From the NCBI GenBank assembly GCA_028534125.1, contig CM052818.1, positions 3,970,001-4,034,000 on the forward strand: DNA of 64,000 nt, read 5' to 3'. The notes under the pieces were generated by a model. It had not been told where the DNA came from. It made no database searches and was given only the letters and a program-made list of their open reading frames with translations. A program made the position numbers and the translations under genes. The stretch is from Lama glama (Eukaryota). Shown here piece by piece: positions 14,507-28,239 of the stretch (its first letter is position 1; each line of letters begins with the position of its first letter).

Positions 14507-14624
14507 ACATAGCAAGGCTGATGGACCATCGTGGTTTGCCCAGGATGAGAACTCCCAGGAAGTGCAACTTTCAGTGCGGAAACCGTGGATGTTTTGGGTA
14601 AATTGGGATGAGTTGGTCACTTTA
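14507..14624. mobile_element. hAT-Blackjack MITE (MER81-like)
   Basis: gaccatcgtggtttgcccaggat...actttcagtgc..aaacc...gggatgagttggtcac with degenerate terminal inverted repeats. Confidence 0.6.
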
Positions 14625-14910
14625 CACCCCATGGCCTCTACACGGGGGTCCAGCAAGAACGAGTCAATCGCCCCAGCATGATGTGTGGTGAAAGAAAACG
14701 TTAATGATCCTTCTCGAAGGATATTATTCAATAAGACAGGGAGAAAGTGAAAATTTTGGTCTTATAACAAAATTGCGGTCCTCTTGAAAACATGATCTCA
14801 GAGTCTACCTTTGGCATCAAAAAGCATCCCCAAGGTTGTCAGTAATTAGTAGAATAGCAAACACAGGCTGGTTTTACTCACGGATGAGAACTATACATTA
14901 TGTTTCTCAC

Positions 14911-14982
14911 CTGATGAATTTATGAGCCAATTGTTCCACGAAGTAATAGATTTCATTCCAGTGGTGCAGCACACTTCCCGAT
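14911..14982 (-). CDS. ANTXR1: ANTXR1 coding exon 2
   Basis: 72 nt, flanked by ...ttttcctag acceptor and GTGAGA donor. Phase-2 join to exon 1 gives (K)[23 protein letters not shown](S), completing the MIDAS DxSxS motif (DKSGS). Confidence 0.97.
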
Positions 14983-15389
14983 CTAGGAAAATAAAGCAGG
15001 TGTGACTTAATCAGGTGTTCATTTGTTTTTACCTTGTATCATTTCTCTTCCTATTCTATTATTTGACATTTGATCTATGCTCTAACTGGGCTCATTATCT
15101 GAAAGTTCCATAACTATGGAAATTATTTGAAAGGGCGCTTAGGCTTAATGTTGGAGTTCTGAGAATTTTGTTAAAGAACTCCGTTCACTCCACCTTCACC
15201 GCTTTCCACCCCGACTCCACACACTCGGATGCTGGAAAAAACCTCTGGCCCCAACCAGATTCACAGGTTAGTTTCAAGCTTTAAGAAATAGTTATTTTTG
15301 TGCTTTTTAAATTATTCCTCCGATTAGGGAAGAAAAACAATTCCAATTTTTTGAAATTAAATTAACACAAATTAGATGCCCAAACAGAT

Positions 15390-17060
15390 AAAGATAAATT
15401 CCCCTCCTCAAAAGAGTCCAAATTCATTTGTAAAAACAGATTGAAGTATCTCTTAAATAAAATACCAGCAAAACTAATTTAGCAGTAATCCAAAAGAATA
15501 CTAATTAATTAACTGGTGGAGTTTATTTCAGGAAGGGATTGACAATTCAACATATAAGTATATCTAATGTAACTAGCCATACTAATACATAAAGGAAGAA
15601 AAATGAGACAGCCTTTCATTATTAAAAAGGAATCCTTTTACCAAAAAAAGAGGCAAACCTTCTCTAAGACATATGGAATCACAGAATTTTAGATTTGGAA
15701 GGGGGCTTATTTATTTCCTAAGGCTCACTTCTGTTTCACTGATACCACTTACTACGGTTTTAATTCATCTTATAAGTATTGTTCACAGTGCTCGTACTCA
15801 ATCTGTTAGTGACATCATAGTAAGTTTTTCTATTCTAACTCACTCTTCTGTTGCCTTGATGCGTCTTTCCTTTCACTTAAGGATCTGTTTCAGCTTAGCT
15901 CTGCATTTCTGCCTGTCATTCTAGTAATTGTTAGGGTTACAGTTTGCTTCTTGTACTCTGACATTTTGTACTAAATGCTAGCACATTTTCCACTGGTCTC
16001 AGGTTACTTTTATTTTTTTATGCACTCATTTATCTTAATTTTAACTCCCAGAGCATTATTACTATTTTCCTTTGTTTCAGACTGTTTTATAAATCTTTAA
16101 GATGAATCTGTGCAAAGTAGATTTTATGCCTTCCTTTTTATGGTGCAATATCTCTAAGAATTCTCATTCTGGTTGAATGTATTCCATCTCTATGAGGAGA
16201 ATTTATTTTTCTCTGCCTCATATCTAGAAATGATATGTCTGATCTGAACAAAAGTGATACAATACGTTATGGTCATAAACTGGAAGACTCTCTATCGTAA
16301 GTCTATCTCATGTTCCCCAAGTTCGTCTATAAGTTCAATTTTAGGAAAAATTCTGAAAGGATGTTTTGTGAAACTCAGAAACTAACCTGAAAAATGAAAT
16401 GAAGGTTAAAGTTCTAAAAGTAATCAAGGCAATAATATAAAAGAACAATGTTGGAAAGCTTGCCCTGTCACATGTAATGACTCCAGATGCATGATACATG
16501 GTATACCAGTAGAGCCAATGGAGTAAAATAGAACCCACACCTCAGTGCATGTGAGGTCATGCTATATAGTGGAAGAGGTGATTCGAACTGGGGAAGGAGA
16601 ATAAACCCTTCAGTACATGATGCTGTGACAATGGACAAAGGCAATTAGCTCACTATCTCATACCAAACGGAACCCTACATGTATTAAAACCTAATAGGTA
16701 ATACAAAACTTTCAGTCCATTGGGTGAATTATGAGAGATTTTAATGTCATCAGGTGAGTGAAGGATTTCTTCACCAGATACAGAAAGTAGGAATTGCTTT
16801 TTAAGAATAATTTTGACTGCCCGAAGTGTCTAAAATTCTGGATGACAACAAGATACCATAAACAAGTTCAAAGACAAGGAGAGAGTGAGAGATGTCATCA
16901 ACCAATATAAAAAGGAAAAGATTAGTGTCTAGGATATGTAAAAATTAACAAGACAAACAATAGAAAAATAGACAGAGCATCAGAACAGGCAATCCCCTGA
17001 ATGATGGTAAATCAGTAACTGAAAAAACATTCAACTCTTCTAGTAAATATAGAAATGCCT
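15390..17060 (+). mobile_element. Ancient L1ME-like ORF2 fragments (mixed orientation in the middle)
   Basis: Decayed ORF2 motifs (tttatttcaggaag..ttcaacatataag; aagaacaatgttgga; ctatctcataccaaac; aaaacattcaactct). Confidence 0.6.
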
Positions 17061-19556
17061 ATTTAAACAATCCTTTGGGGACAAGCAAGCAGTCTCCGGC
17101 GGCAGCAGCATAGAGCCCACAGGATAGAGGGGTGAGGAGTTGGGGAGATGGGGAAAGAGATCAGGGAGAGGAGGGGACAGGGACTCTTCTTGTCAAAAAT
17201 ATTCCACTGGCTCAGGACACTCAAGTTCCACACTGGCAAACTCCTACTCATTCTTCAAGACCCAACTCAGTAGTCCTGTCGCCTTTGACCGACACAGATG
17301 GGGCTCAGTGCCCCCATCCCATTCTCTCTGAGAACCAGGTCAGTGTCGGTCATCATCCTCCTTTGATACTGGGTTGGGTTGCAGTCACTTTTTTTTTCAA
17401 GCTCCCCTTGTGAGGGTCTTAAGGCTATTTGGCTATCCAGCATTTAACTTGTTTATTGGCTGGAAGAGAGAGGAGCCTGGGGAGGAGAAACCTCGATTGC
17501 TCACAGACGCCTCCTGATCTTTTGCCAGCTGGACAGCACCTCTTCTGCCCTAGTCTGGATAAATAACCTTGGCTCCAGCCAATTCCTGTGACCCTATGTG
17601 AACCCGAGGCGCCTTCCCAGAGGATCAAAGGTTCTAGAGCACAGCTCCTTGGAGATCGGGACTACTTAATCATCAACGATAGTAGACCTCTGAGCTTAGT
17701 GTAAGCTGGGAGTCTCCTAAAAGCTCACCAGAATAGTGCGTCCTAGCCCTGGGCTTTTAAAGCTTTAGAAACCCTTTCATTAGAATTCCAGCCGTCCTCC
17801 TGGACAAGATTCAGTTGTATATTTCAGGTCTTCAAGACTGGTCCTGGCTGCTCTTTGTTAGCTATGGGGTGGATGCTCTGGTTCTGGGGGTCCTACTGAA
17901 GGTTTGATGGCCCAATGCAGTGTATGTGCTTCCAAAGAGGCACCACCTGTCTGATTATAAGCCACGGTCCAATCCAGAATTCTACAACTCCTTTCCACTG
18001 GAATCAAGAGATTTCCTTGACGATTGCTCATCTGTGTGCATTTCTGAAATGCAATGCTATGGTTTGGTCCATAGGACCTGGACAAGTGCTATCTGAGATT
18101 TTGGTTACTGAGGGGTAGAGTAAGACACCTAATGATGAGAGAGGACTCCCCACAGTTCCTCTATCCCATATTTGATTTTCTCTTCTGTAGAGAAGTCCTA
18201 CAGAGAGGGAATTAAACTGGGAGGGGAGGCAAAGGGTTGTTGAAATAGGATCTCGTAACTAGAATTGGGGGCCTACTCTTGGCTCTCTGCTTAAGGCGCA
18301 GGGGTTTGGAGTAAATCCTTTTGGATTACTATTTCTTTGTTCTCAAGGATTGGCCCTATTTCACAGCCTCAAATCAATGTACATCCTTTTACTTATGAAA
18401 CAGGGTCACCCAATGATAATTCAGACATTCTTCTGTCTTAAAACATGTCATTTTCACTATTCTTCTGACTGAGACTGACATGGAGGATTTAGACAATTTT
18501 GGTATTCATCTGATATTTTAATGCAAGATATAGGGAAAGATCTGAGAAATATCCTGGAGTGTGGGGAAAAGTCTAAATCTATCTGGAAAGCTTTCTTGCT
18601 AATGGGCAGGGGCTGTATTTTCTCAAGAAGAAAATAAAATGAGACTCAAGATAAAAGTGGAGGCGAGAAGGTATTGACATGCTGACTTCTCCCATCCCAA
18701 CTCTACTAATAATGGCCCTATTAAGGTTTGTTGTTTTGCATGTACACATGATCAGTCCTTCCATAATTATATAAGCCTTAGCCAAAACATACCCACTTTA
18801 GCACACAGTTGAGATGTACAAAGCCTATTCTTTCAAGCACTGAGGGTAAACATAGCCTTCTAAGATTCTGGGACCAAACTAGTTCTGTCTTCTCTGGGTT
18901 ACCATGGGATGCCAAGGGGCCTTGGCTTCTAGGCAGAGGAATATAGGGTTATGTATATCTGCATCTTGGAATCCTTCTAGTCCTAATTACTGAGCTCCCT
19001 AACCCCCACATGCACGCTCTATCCTACCCCAAGATCAAATCACCCCTTAGAGAAGGAAAGAGCCCCGTGCCTGCTGCTATGGTTTTAGCATGGAGGTGAG
19101 CTTACCGGAGGTGCAGCTCATTTCTTTGTAATCCAGATCCCCAGGAGCAAGGAGCTTGCCTGCCTTGGTGCCACTGTCCTCTCTCCTGTCTCAGCACCAC
19201 CCACTGGGCACTGCTGGACTCCTAACTCCAAACTCTAACTACTTCATCCATGGGCCTCTGGAAACTACCCACTGGGATCTCAATCCAATGCCTGTCCTTC
19301 TCTCATTGGGACAGATCTGCTGGATCTTCGATTCTGTTTGGACTTATTGTCAAAACATGCATGTCTCACTTGCACTTTGCTTTGTAAACTGATTTATTGA
19401 TTTGGGATCTGACCTAATAGCTACTCCCAGAAAAATCAACAGCCCAACCAGAAGGAGGGTATAAGTTGGGGAAGTGGCAGAGAGTGACTCCAGAGCCAGC
19501 TTCTCTCCACCCTCCATCCTTCTTTATCATGCTGACTTGTTTAAGAATTAATGATC

Positions 19557-20104
19557 TTGCATGGAAGCAACCAAAATGTCCATTGACAGATGACTGGATA
19601 AAGAAGATATGATATATGTACACAATGGAATACTACTCAGCCATAAAAAAGAATAAAATAATGCCATTTGCAGCAACATGGATGGACCTAGAGATTATCA
19701 TACTAAATAAAGTAAATCAGAAAGAGAAAGACAAATACCATATACTATCATTTATATGTGGAATCTAAAAAAGTGACACAAATGAACTTGTTTACAAAAT
19801 AGAAACAGACTCACAGACATAGAAAACAAACTTATGGTTACTGGGGGGGCAAGAAGTGTAGGGATAAATTAGGAGTTTGGGATTAGCAGATGCAAACTAC
19901 TGTATATAAAACAGATAAACAACAAGGTCTTACTGTATAGCACAGGGAACTGTATTCAATACCTTATAATAGCCTATAATGAAAAAGAATATGAAAAGGA
20001 AAATATGTATGTATAACTGAATCACTGTGCTGTACACCAGAAATTAACACATTGTAAATCGACTATACTTCAATTAAAATTTAAAAAAAGTTTTTTTTTT
20101 TTTA
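19557..20104 (+). mobile_element. 5'-truncated cetartiodactyl-type L1 3' end with TSD
   Basis: tggaagcaacc..aatggaatactactcagccataaaaaagaa..tatagcacagggaac..ataactgaatcactgtgctgtacacc. TSD aagaatt(a/c)atgatc at 19543-19556 and 20105-20118. Confidence 0.95.
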
Positions 20105-20854
20105 AAGAATTCATGATCCTAACGTCCCACCTATGGAGCACTAATGTTCTCTTCAGGCAGTAATGGCTCACACAGCCATTGTTACCAAAGCCCCAAGCTA
20201 GAAATAAAAACTCCTTCTTGGCCCAAATATAAGTAGTACTGGGAGAGTTTTCACAGAACTCTGTTGTGGATTGTTTTTTATTTTTATTTTTTAGAATTGC
20301 TTTTAACACACAACTGCTGGCAAACTCTGGTCAAAGAGAGCTGAAATATCCATGTTGTGTAAGTCAGTAGATGTGAAAGGTCCCAGATATTTGACTCACT
20401 TCAGTCCTAACACAAATGCCATTCTAGCCCCTGAAGATTTCCATGAGCCAACTGGGTATCAGGATGGTGTGGAGGATTCAGGCTCCTTCTTGGGATTTCG
20501 TGCCTGGGTTCCACAAGTGTAAGTCTCAGCAAAATTTGGAATTCAAGTAGCCTTCTAGGAATTCCGCTTGAACACAGCCCTACAGAGTTCTGTGTCCGAA
20601 GATTCCTTCAATATACCTGGATCCATTCAAAATCAGAGTTAACACCTCCTCACACTGTAACCAAGCAGGACCCTACTGTCATCGGTGAACATCTGGTATC
20701 TGTAATGGTGTTTGTATCTGCTTAACTGTATAATGTTTTAAAGGGTTTTCCTCATACACTTGCTGACTGGGGTTAGGCTGGAGAGGAGGGAGGCTTGGGT
20801 GGTCGCCCAACCCTCTCATGGTGCTATGTGCAGGGATCATGCTCAGAGCTCTGA

Positions 20855-20920
20855 TTTTGACCCCAGTGCCCTGCTTTTGACTCCATTGCCCTGCTTTTGA
20901 CCCCAGTGCCCTCCTCTTGA
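20855..20920. repeat. 20-bp minisatellite, about 3.3 copies
   Basis: ttttgaccccagtgccctgc / ttttgactccattgccctgc / ttttgaccccagtgccctcc / tcttga. Confidence 0.9.
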
Positions 20921-21179
20921 TGCTGACATCTCAGAAACAGCAGTTGGGTTTTTTGTGCATCTTGTTGCTCATAATTCACCCCAATTGCACGTGACTGCAG
21001 TTATTTTTAGCCCCATATGGTTTCCTTGTATTCTGTTGTTCCAGGTACAGGTCTCAGCCTACAGCAAGAGGTCCTAAGCCTCAGCCTGCCTAAAATGCTA
21101 GAAGCATTTATTAACTGCACAAGTTTTTCTCCAGAGCATTTTCCCATGGACCCCCTTCATATGCATCTTTTTTTCTAGG

Positions 21180-21512
21180 TACAAGAATACTAAAAGAGTC
21201 CCAAAGCCTGAGGTGAACTTCATGCCCAGCAGAGGGAAGGAGACCACTGCATCTGCAAAAATAAGAACAACTTTGCAACAATTTGTTACCCTGTATAGGA
21301 TCTCTATGGAAACTAGCTCCACCTCTGAACTCTTGAACTTTTACTGTAAACCCTCCTGCCCTCTCTCCCCAGCAGGCTCACAGTGTTGGAGGCATTAGCC
21401 CACTGTAACCTCCTTTGCCTGGCAAAGAAATAAAGCTGTCTTTTCTACTTCATCCAAAACCCTGTCCTCAAATCAGTTCACTAAGCAGGTATGGAGGCCA
21501 TGTTTCAGCAAA
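21180..21512 (+). mobile_element. ERV1-type LTR remnant, antisense in ANTXR1 intron 1
   Basis: R/U5-like text: ggcattagcccactg..cctcctttgcctggcaaagaAATAAAgct..ttcatccaaaaccctgtc. The 5' boundary is uncertain. Confidence 0.65.
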
Positions 21513-23740
21513 GACACCATCTTCTGACTTGACTTTGAGAAGGGTTGCCCAGACCATCAGGACACCAAGCCACCGGTTCTCACTCCTAGTTCCACAAGAA
21601 AGTAACCACTGGTGGCAGCTCCAGGGTTTCTTAATTATTTTTGTTTTCCCATGCCCTCTTTGGTGCTTGGAACATGGTAAGAAGTCAGTATATTTTGTGA
21701 CACCGCATTCACTGTGTATCCCCAATGAGGGATTTTGCATGGAGTTTGGCATTGCCCTCAGATGACCACTTAGTTACTTCCAAAGGTCTGATATACAAAG
21801 AGCAGGAGCAAAGGAAGAGCCCTGAGTCTCATTCTGATTGGTTTCCGAAATACATTCTCTTGTGATTCTGTGAGTTTCCAAACCTCCCTGTGGTTAAGCT
21901 CCTTAGAAAACACATGCTCTTTCCATTAGCCACAGACAGAACCAGAGTCAGAAAAAATCCAGTGGGCCAAATTGAGTTTAATTTGTCTGCATCCCTCTCC
22001 CCTTTGCGAACAGATTAGAGTCAAACGAAAGGGGAAAAAGAGAGCTCACAGTTGGAACCATCACCCAGGAGTCTTTCAATCCTGGAAGAGCAGAGTCGCT
22101 GTCAGGATGGAAATTATAAAACCATCAGTTCCTGCTTTTCCTTAGCCCCACCCGGCTGAAGTCACCAATGTCCTCAGTGACCCACCCAAGTCCCTAGCTA
22201 AATCCTGGAAGGGTACAGCAGCCTCAGGTACCACTAAGCGGGGCCAGCAATCAGTTCTGACGTCACAGGCCCCATGTTCACTTGTCCCCCTTCTCCCTGC
22301 ACCCCTACTACCCCACTTCTTCCTTGGCCCTCCTCTCCTTCCTCCTGGCCTCACACTGCACCCTCACTGGCTGGAGGTCTAAACCCAGCCCAAGTCTTCA
22401 GCCCTTGTCCTCCTATGACTGACTGGGGTCATGGCCAAGCCTCCCTTCTGCTCTAAAAGCTTGACCTTGACTCTTGCCTTCACTCCAATTTCTTCAGATA
22501 CCAGTGCAGCCCCAAACCAGGCCACTGAGCACTGTACTTTGAGTAGGAGGCTACCCACCCTGCTCCTATCTGTGTCCAGAGACCCCAGCCCAGATGCCCC
22601 GCCCCACCTATTTACTGACTTGCGAGGACTCTAACTGATGACTATGATAACAATGACTTGCTAGCTGTGGAATGCAACCTATTAGTGATTTGGCAAATCA
22701 GTTAGGTGGGATGCGGCCAACATTTAATAAAAATGAAACAGAATAGAATAGAAACATCAGGATATATTACATACTGTAACAGAAAGCATTGCCATGTGAA
22801 ACTTTAGGTCAACTATGCATAAATAATGCATATATACTGTGTCAAGATGGAAACTGTGTTTTTTCTTCTTGTGAATGAACAAAAAGATCATATCAAAATA
22901 TGTACTCCTTTCATCTCCACCAATTTGTCTTTTCCAACACACACACACACATACCAGGAAAAGCCTAAAAACATTTTCTGATAATCAGGTATTGGTACTT
23001 TTGGTGCAAATTCAACACAAAATTCTTCTTGTTGCTATTGCTAAGAAATCAGAATACTGGTTAGCTGTCCACAAGGTATTTCTCATAACTGAAATGCACA
23101 CAAAGATGTGATAAATGAGAACCAAGGGCCACCAGTCAAAGCCACCAATGTGATCTGTGGATGATCACCAGGCGACCACGACAAGACAAGAGATGGTACT
23201 GTGGCTACCAGAAAAGTCAGAGGTCCCCTTCGCTTCCAAGCAACAAAGAAACAATAGGCCCCTCTCGAACACACGGCCATATGAGTGAGAGAAGTAGGGG
23301 TGGGGCAAAATTTAAAAGACTTAAATTTACTGAGTGTTTAAATTCTTGCACTGGGCTAGGTTTTCTAGTTTGGGAGAAAGTTGCCTCTCCTCACCAACAC
23401 CTGTCCCTGGCAGGAGGGTCTTTTGAAGACAAGTGAAACAGCTTTGAGGTATTTTCTCTATATGAGTATAGTGAGAATTATTTCTACCCTGAGACAGTGG
23501 CCGCTGCATTTCACTTGCCACTGTCCTGAGTATTCAGCTCCCAGGAGCAAGATACAAAGTGCTCATTTTCTTACCCACACTCAGGATTAGCGCTTGCCGA
23601 AATACTTGTATGTTTTTATAAATGAAACGAATTTTCATCATGTTCTTCTGGGATATATTTAATAATAGGCTCTAGATTTTTTTTTTCATATTTATAATTT
23701 ATTTCACTTTCTTTGTTTTAAAAGCATGGTGTGGATCAGT

Positions 23741-23917
23741 TAGGACCAGCCATATAATTTGTAGGATCCAGTGCAAAATAAAAACTCAGGGCTTCTTGTT
23801 CAAAAAGTATTAAGAAGTCAAGATGGTGATAGCAGAGTATTAAAGTAGGTGCAGGACCTTTCTGAGTGTGGGTCCCTGGGCGACTACACAGGTCCCATGC
23901 CCTTGAAGCTGACCTTG
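23741..23917. mobile_element. hAT-Tip100 MITE (MER45A-like)
   Basis: ataatttgtagga.ccagtgcaaaataaaaa..ttgttcaaaaa..ccatgcccttgaagctgaccttg. Confidence 0.75.
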
Positions 23918-23959
23918 GTGTCAGTATTCTTTGCCCACTTTCTATTGGGGTGCAAATGT

Positions 23960-24160
23960 CCAGGGGTCAGCCTACTTATTCTGGAGAGGTCTAGGTGGCA
24001 AGTACTGAGGGCTTGGTGGTCTCCACGGCAACTACCCAACTCTGCTGTCATAGCACAGAAACAGCCAGTGACAGGACATAAACTAAATACATGTAGTGAT
24101 GCTACAATACAATTTTATTTACAAAAACAGGCTGCAGGCTGGTTTGCTAACCTCTGGTAT
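23960..24160. mobile_element. hAT-Charlie MITE (MER58A-like)
   Basis: caggggtcagc...gcaactacccaactctgc...ttttatttacaaaaacagg...tttgctaacctctg with inverted termini. Confidence 0.8.
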
Positions 24161-27009
24161 AGACAGTCACTTTCTTTCATGCTCTTTATGACAAGATAAT
24201 ATAAAAATCTATATTTTCCTCCTGGTAACTGAAGCTTTTGTCTACTTTCACTATTCATTTCCTGTTATTTAGTGCTAAGAATGTGGACTGGAAAAATTGT
24301 GCCTTGGGATATATATATGGAGGGATTTTTTTGTTACCTAATAAATATTTCATGGGTATTTGAAAGGAAAGTTTATTCTCTGTGGGGTAATAGGGTTCAA
24401 AATATCTTTATTAAATCAACCCCATTAATTATTATTCATATTCTCCTTATCCTTTGGCCACTTAAGTATTCAGAGATGTCTTTTCAGACTCTGCTAAGAA
24501 AATAATTTGGTTTTCATCTTTGGCATTCAAAGTAAATGTGAGTTATCTTAATACATTTCCTAAATATTGAAGTACCCGTGCATTCCTGGGATAAATTTTC
24601 TCTTGGTCTTGTTATATTATTCCTTTACTTTCCTTTTAGTTGTTTTAATGATGTTTGATTTCAGAATTAAAGCTTCTATTCTAATTTGGGCAGAAGTTTT
24701 ACATATGTGTTATCTTTGGTAGATATTGATATCAGAAAAATGTTAGCTTCCTAAAATAAATTGGGAAACTCCATCTTTTTCTATTTTCTAGAAGAGTCTA
24801 ACTTATACTGAAATTTTCTTTTCCTTGAAGATGTGGTAGAACTTTCCATGGAACTAACTTGGTCTAAAACCAAAGGACCTACTCCCAAGGGCAAATCAGA
24901 CCTTCTCCAGTGTCCAGATCCTATTGAGTAGGGTGGGGGTGGGGTGGGCAAAAGCATAAAGACCAAGAATTTCACCTAAAGGGATTTTAAAAAATCACCA
25001 CATTGAACTGTTATTATCACTTTGGTTCAAAATTTAGGGATTTCCAGCCCTCCTGCTACCCAGTAGGTAGACTTGAGGGCAAGAAGAAGAGTTTGGGAGC
25101 TAGAAAAAAGTAAACTACATTTTTTTTTTGTACATGTGATTGTAGTATGAGTAATTCTTTCTATTCTGCATAAAAATTATGCTTTTTACTTTCTTTTTTG
25201 AGAATCCATTCTTTAAGTTTCATATTTTGCCGTAAACCTCATTGATTACATTACTGGACTTATTAACTTCTCTGGAACGTTCTCTTCTATTAAATCTTGA
25301 AGTATTTCTTCTGCAGTATTCTTTAGCAACCCAAGTTATCTGGTATACTGGATATCTATTTTTGTCACTCATTACTTATCAACTCTCTCATCACTTTCAT
25401 GTCACTCATTTACTGCTCACATTCGGAGAATTTCTCAAACACGCCTTCACCATTTATTTCATTTCCTGCATTGTCAGTTCTGCTCTTTGCCGCTTCTCAG
25501 GTGATGTTACATTTTCCCATATGTTTTATATTTCCTTTCCTGTTCTAGGTCCCTGTTCTTCTCTTTTCACATCTTATCTCCTGTTTCACAAATTTCTTAT
25601 TTTATGAACTTCATTGAAATCATAAAATATTTGGTGCTAAAACTGACCTCTTTTGCTGTTGAAAATTCCTTCCATTAATGTGCTTTTCTTCCACTTCAGG
25701 AGTTTTTTTTCTCACCATTTATTTTCAGGGGCTAAAATCTTGTATTTTCATCTTTCAAAATGGGAAGATGTGACTGGGTTTAGTATTTGCTTCTCAAATA
25801 TCATATATATTATATTTATGGCATTGTCTCTGCACTTTGAAGCTTCTCTAAGAACTTAATCTGGGGGAAGGAAGTTGGTCTTAATAGCTAAAGTAAGCTT
25901 ATGTTATTGTTCCCTCAATTAGTGGGGAGCTGGGAGTGGAATAACTTCTCATCATTTCTCACAAAGGAACTTCATCCTTGCAAGGTTTGTGTGTTTGTTT
26001 GGGGCCCAGTTTCCCCAGTTCCAGCTTGTCATATGTAGGGTTTTCTGTCCTGGCATCTACTCCAGGTTCACATTGTACTGGACCAACCTCATTCCTGATC
26101 CCTACTGCATCCACATAATAAGAGAAAGAACTCTGCCATTTCCCGGGAGGCCCAGGATCTACGGGGGCAGAATCAGCAACGCTGGACAGAATCACTGTCA
26201 CGAAGATGCCTGGTGCTCATACGCTCTCTCTCGGCTTAATTTCCCCTTGGACGGGACGGTCCAGCGCAGCTGCCTCTGCGAGGAGCTGATGCACAGTGGC
26301 AGCAGGGCCCTAAGGAGATGCTGCTCATCCCCTTACGTCCCACTCTTTACTTCTGACTCACTTCCAGATTTGGGATTGCTCTTGGGGCTCCTCCAGAATC
26401 TCCCTCTACATGTTTTTTTTTTTTTTAACTTGGCAACAGAGTTGAAAGTAGACCCTGGCTGACCTCCTTCCAACACAGCCCATCTGCTTGCTCTGTTTCT
26501 GCTAGAATTTCTTGCAAGTGTGTTGCAAGTCAGTGTCCCTGTCCTTAGTGGTTGGACCTGATGCAGGCTTCCCCCAGATGCCTCCTTCAGACTTTCTCTT
26601 TTGAGAGTGGGGCAGTTTTAGATGATAGTGGGGGAGGCAGTGAGCAGCTCACTGCCCGTGCTCCGCTTCTTTTTCAGAAGTCATAAACAAACTTTCCTCC
26701 CTTTCTTATCTCAAACGAAGCCCCTTGGCTGGTTACATTTTAGTTCCTGCATTTACGATGCCCTGAAAGAGCACTTCCAAAAGTCACCAGGGCCTTTATT
26801 TCTGCTAAAGCATGTGAACTTTCTCAGTTCTTTCTTGCTGGATGTATTTATAGGCTGCATAAATGCAACAGAGACTATTTCTTGATTCAGCGAACTGACT
26901 TTTGAAGTTCCTTTTGAATCTATAAAGAGTAATATTACACTACAACATATATTGGGTGCTTACTAAGCAGAGGCATTGTACTGAGACTTTACGTTCATTG
27001 TCATGTAAT

Positions 27010-27225
27010 AATAACAGCTCGCACTTAACGAGCACTTCCTGTGTGTGCATGGGATTCTGTTCTGAGCCCAACAGCCCTATGTGGTAATACAATTAGCTCC
27101 TTTTGACAGATGAGGAAACTGAGTTCACAAAGAGATTAAGTAATTTGCTCAAGGACACACAGCCCATAAGTGGTAGGGTTGGAATTCAAACTCTAGGTCT
27201 AAAGGCGATGCACACTCTTAGTCCG
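27010..27225 (-). mobile_element. MIR SINE
   Basis: ttttgacagatgaggaaactgag..taagtaatttgctcaagg..ggaattcaaactc core. Confidence 0.85.
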
Positions 27226-27572
27226 AACACCACTCTCTTACAGTCTCCTTTCTGGTGTTTAAACCTGGGTTCTTAACACCTATGTGACACTGCCTCCCCA
27301 TGGAGGGGTCGGGAAAGGTACAATTACACTTTCCGGTGTTAGGCACCAAGACAATGACAAGTACTAGAGAGGTTTCACAAATAGTGATGGGAGTTTGGGA
27401 GTGGGGATGCCAGGAAAAGCTTACGACTGGGATGCTCAAATGGAATCAGGAGTTGAACTGATTGCCCATTTTAATGGAATAAGGTGTCCACGGGGAGTCA
27501 CCTGTTTGGCCTGAAGGCTGGAAGTCCCCTCCTCTTTTGTTCCCTTGATACTGTCTTTTCTAAGAGTAAATA

Positions 27573-27690
27573 ATCAGGATGATCATATAATTGAAAATCC
27601 AAACTGAAACACTTTCAAGAGTCAAATAGGAAGCCATTCATAATTATACTGGGACAAGCACAAGTCAGGAGTGGACTGGGCCATCCATTT
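27573..27690. mobile_element. hAT-Blackjack MITE (MER94-like)
   Basis: gatgatcatataatt..tccaaactgaaacacttt..aattatactgggacaa pattern. Confidence 0.6.
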
Positions 27691-28239
27691 ATCTACGGTG
27701 GGATTAAGGCTGTCCAATGGCATCCTGTTTCCTTTTACCTTATATTGTTCATTATTGTGGTTGGAGTCTAGTTACAGTCATGATGCTTCACTCTTCTCCT
27801 ATTTGCTATACAACTTCCATAAGCCTGGTATTTGCATTATCTCTTATGTAAGGAATGATGGCTATGGTTCTGACCACAATCTTTCTGCCAAAAGATATTA
27901 GGAAGCCTTTTCAGGTGGTTCCTACAGAAAGGAGCTCTATATTGTTGAGCAGCAGAGTTTGAAAAGAAAAAAAAAAAGAAGCCAAAGCTCCTGAATGAGA
28001 CCTCAGAGGACAAGCACTAAAGCTTACTCTTCCCCATCTCTTGACAATGGGCCCCTCTGCTGCTCATCAGGAGATATGCGTTGTTACGGGGTTGGCGGGT
28101 TCTGAAGAGGAACGGGTTTTGAATGAAGATGTGATGTAGACAGGCGATTGTTCTGAATTTTTTGTACCACAGGGAGCCCACGACTAGTGAGGGGAGGGGG
28201 CCAAGTACCAGTAACCATCTCCAAGGGTAAGAGGGCATC

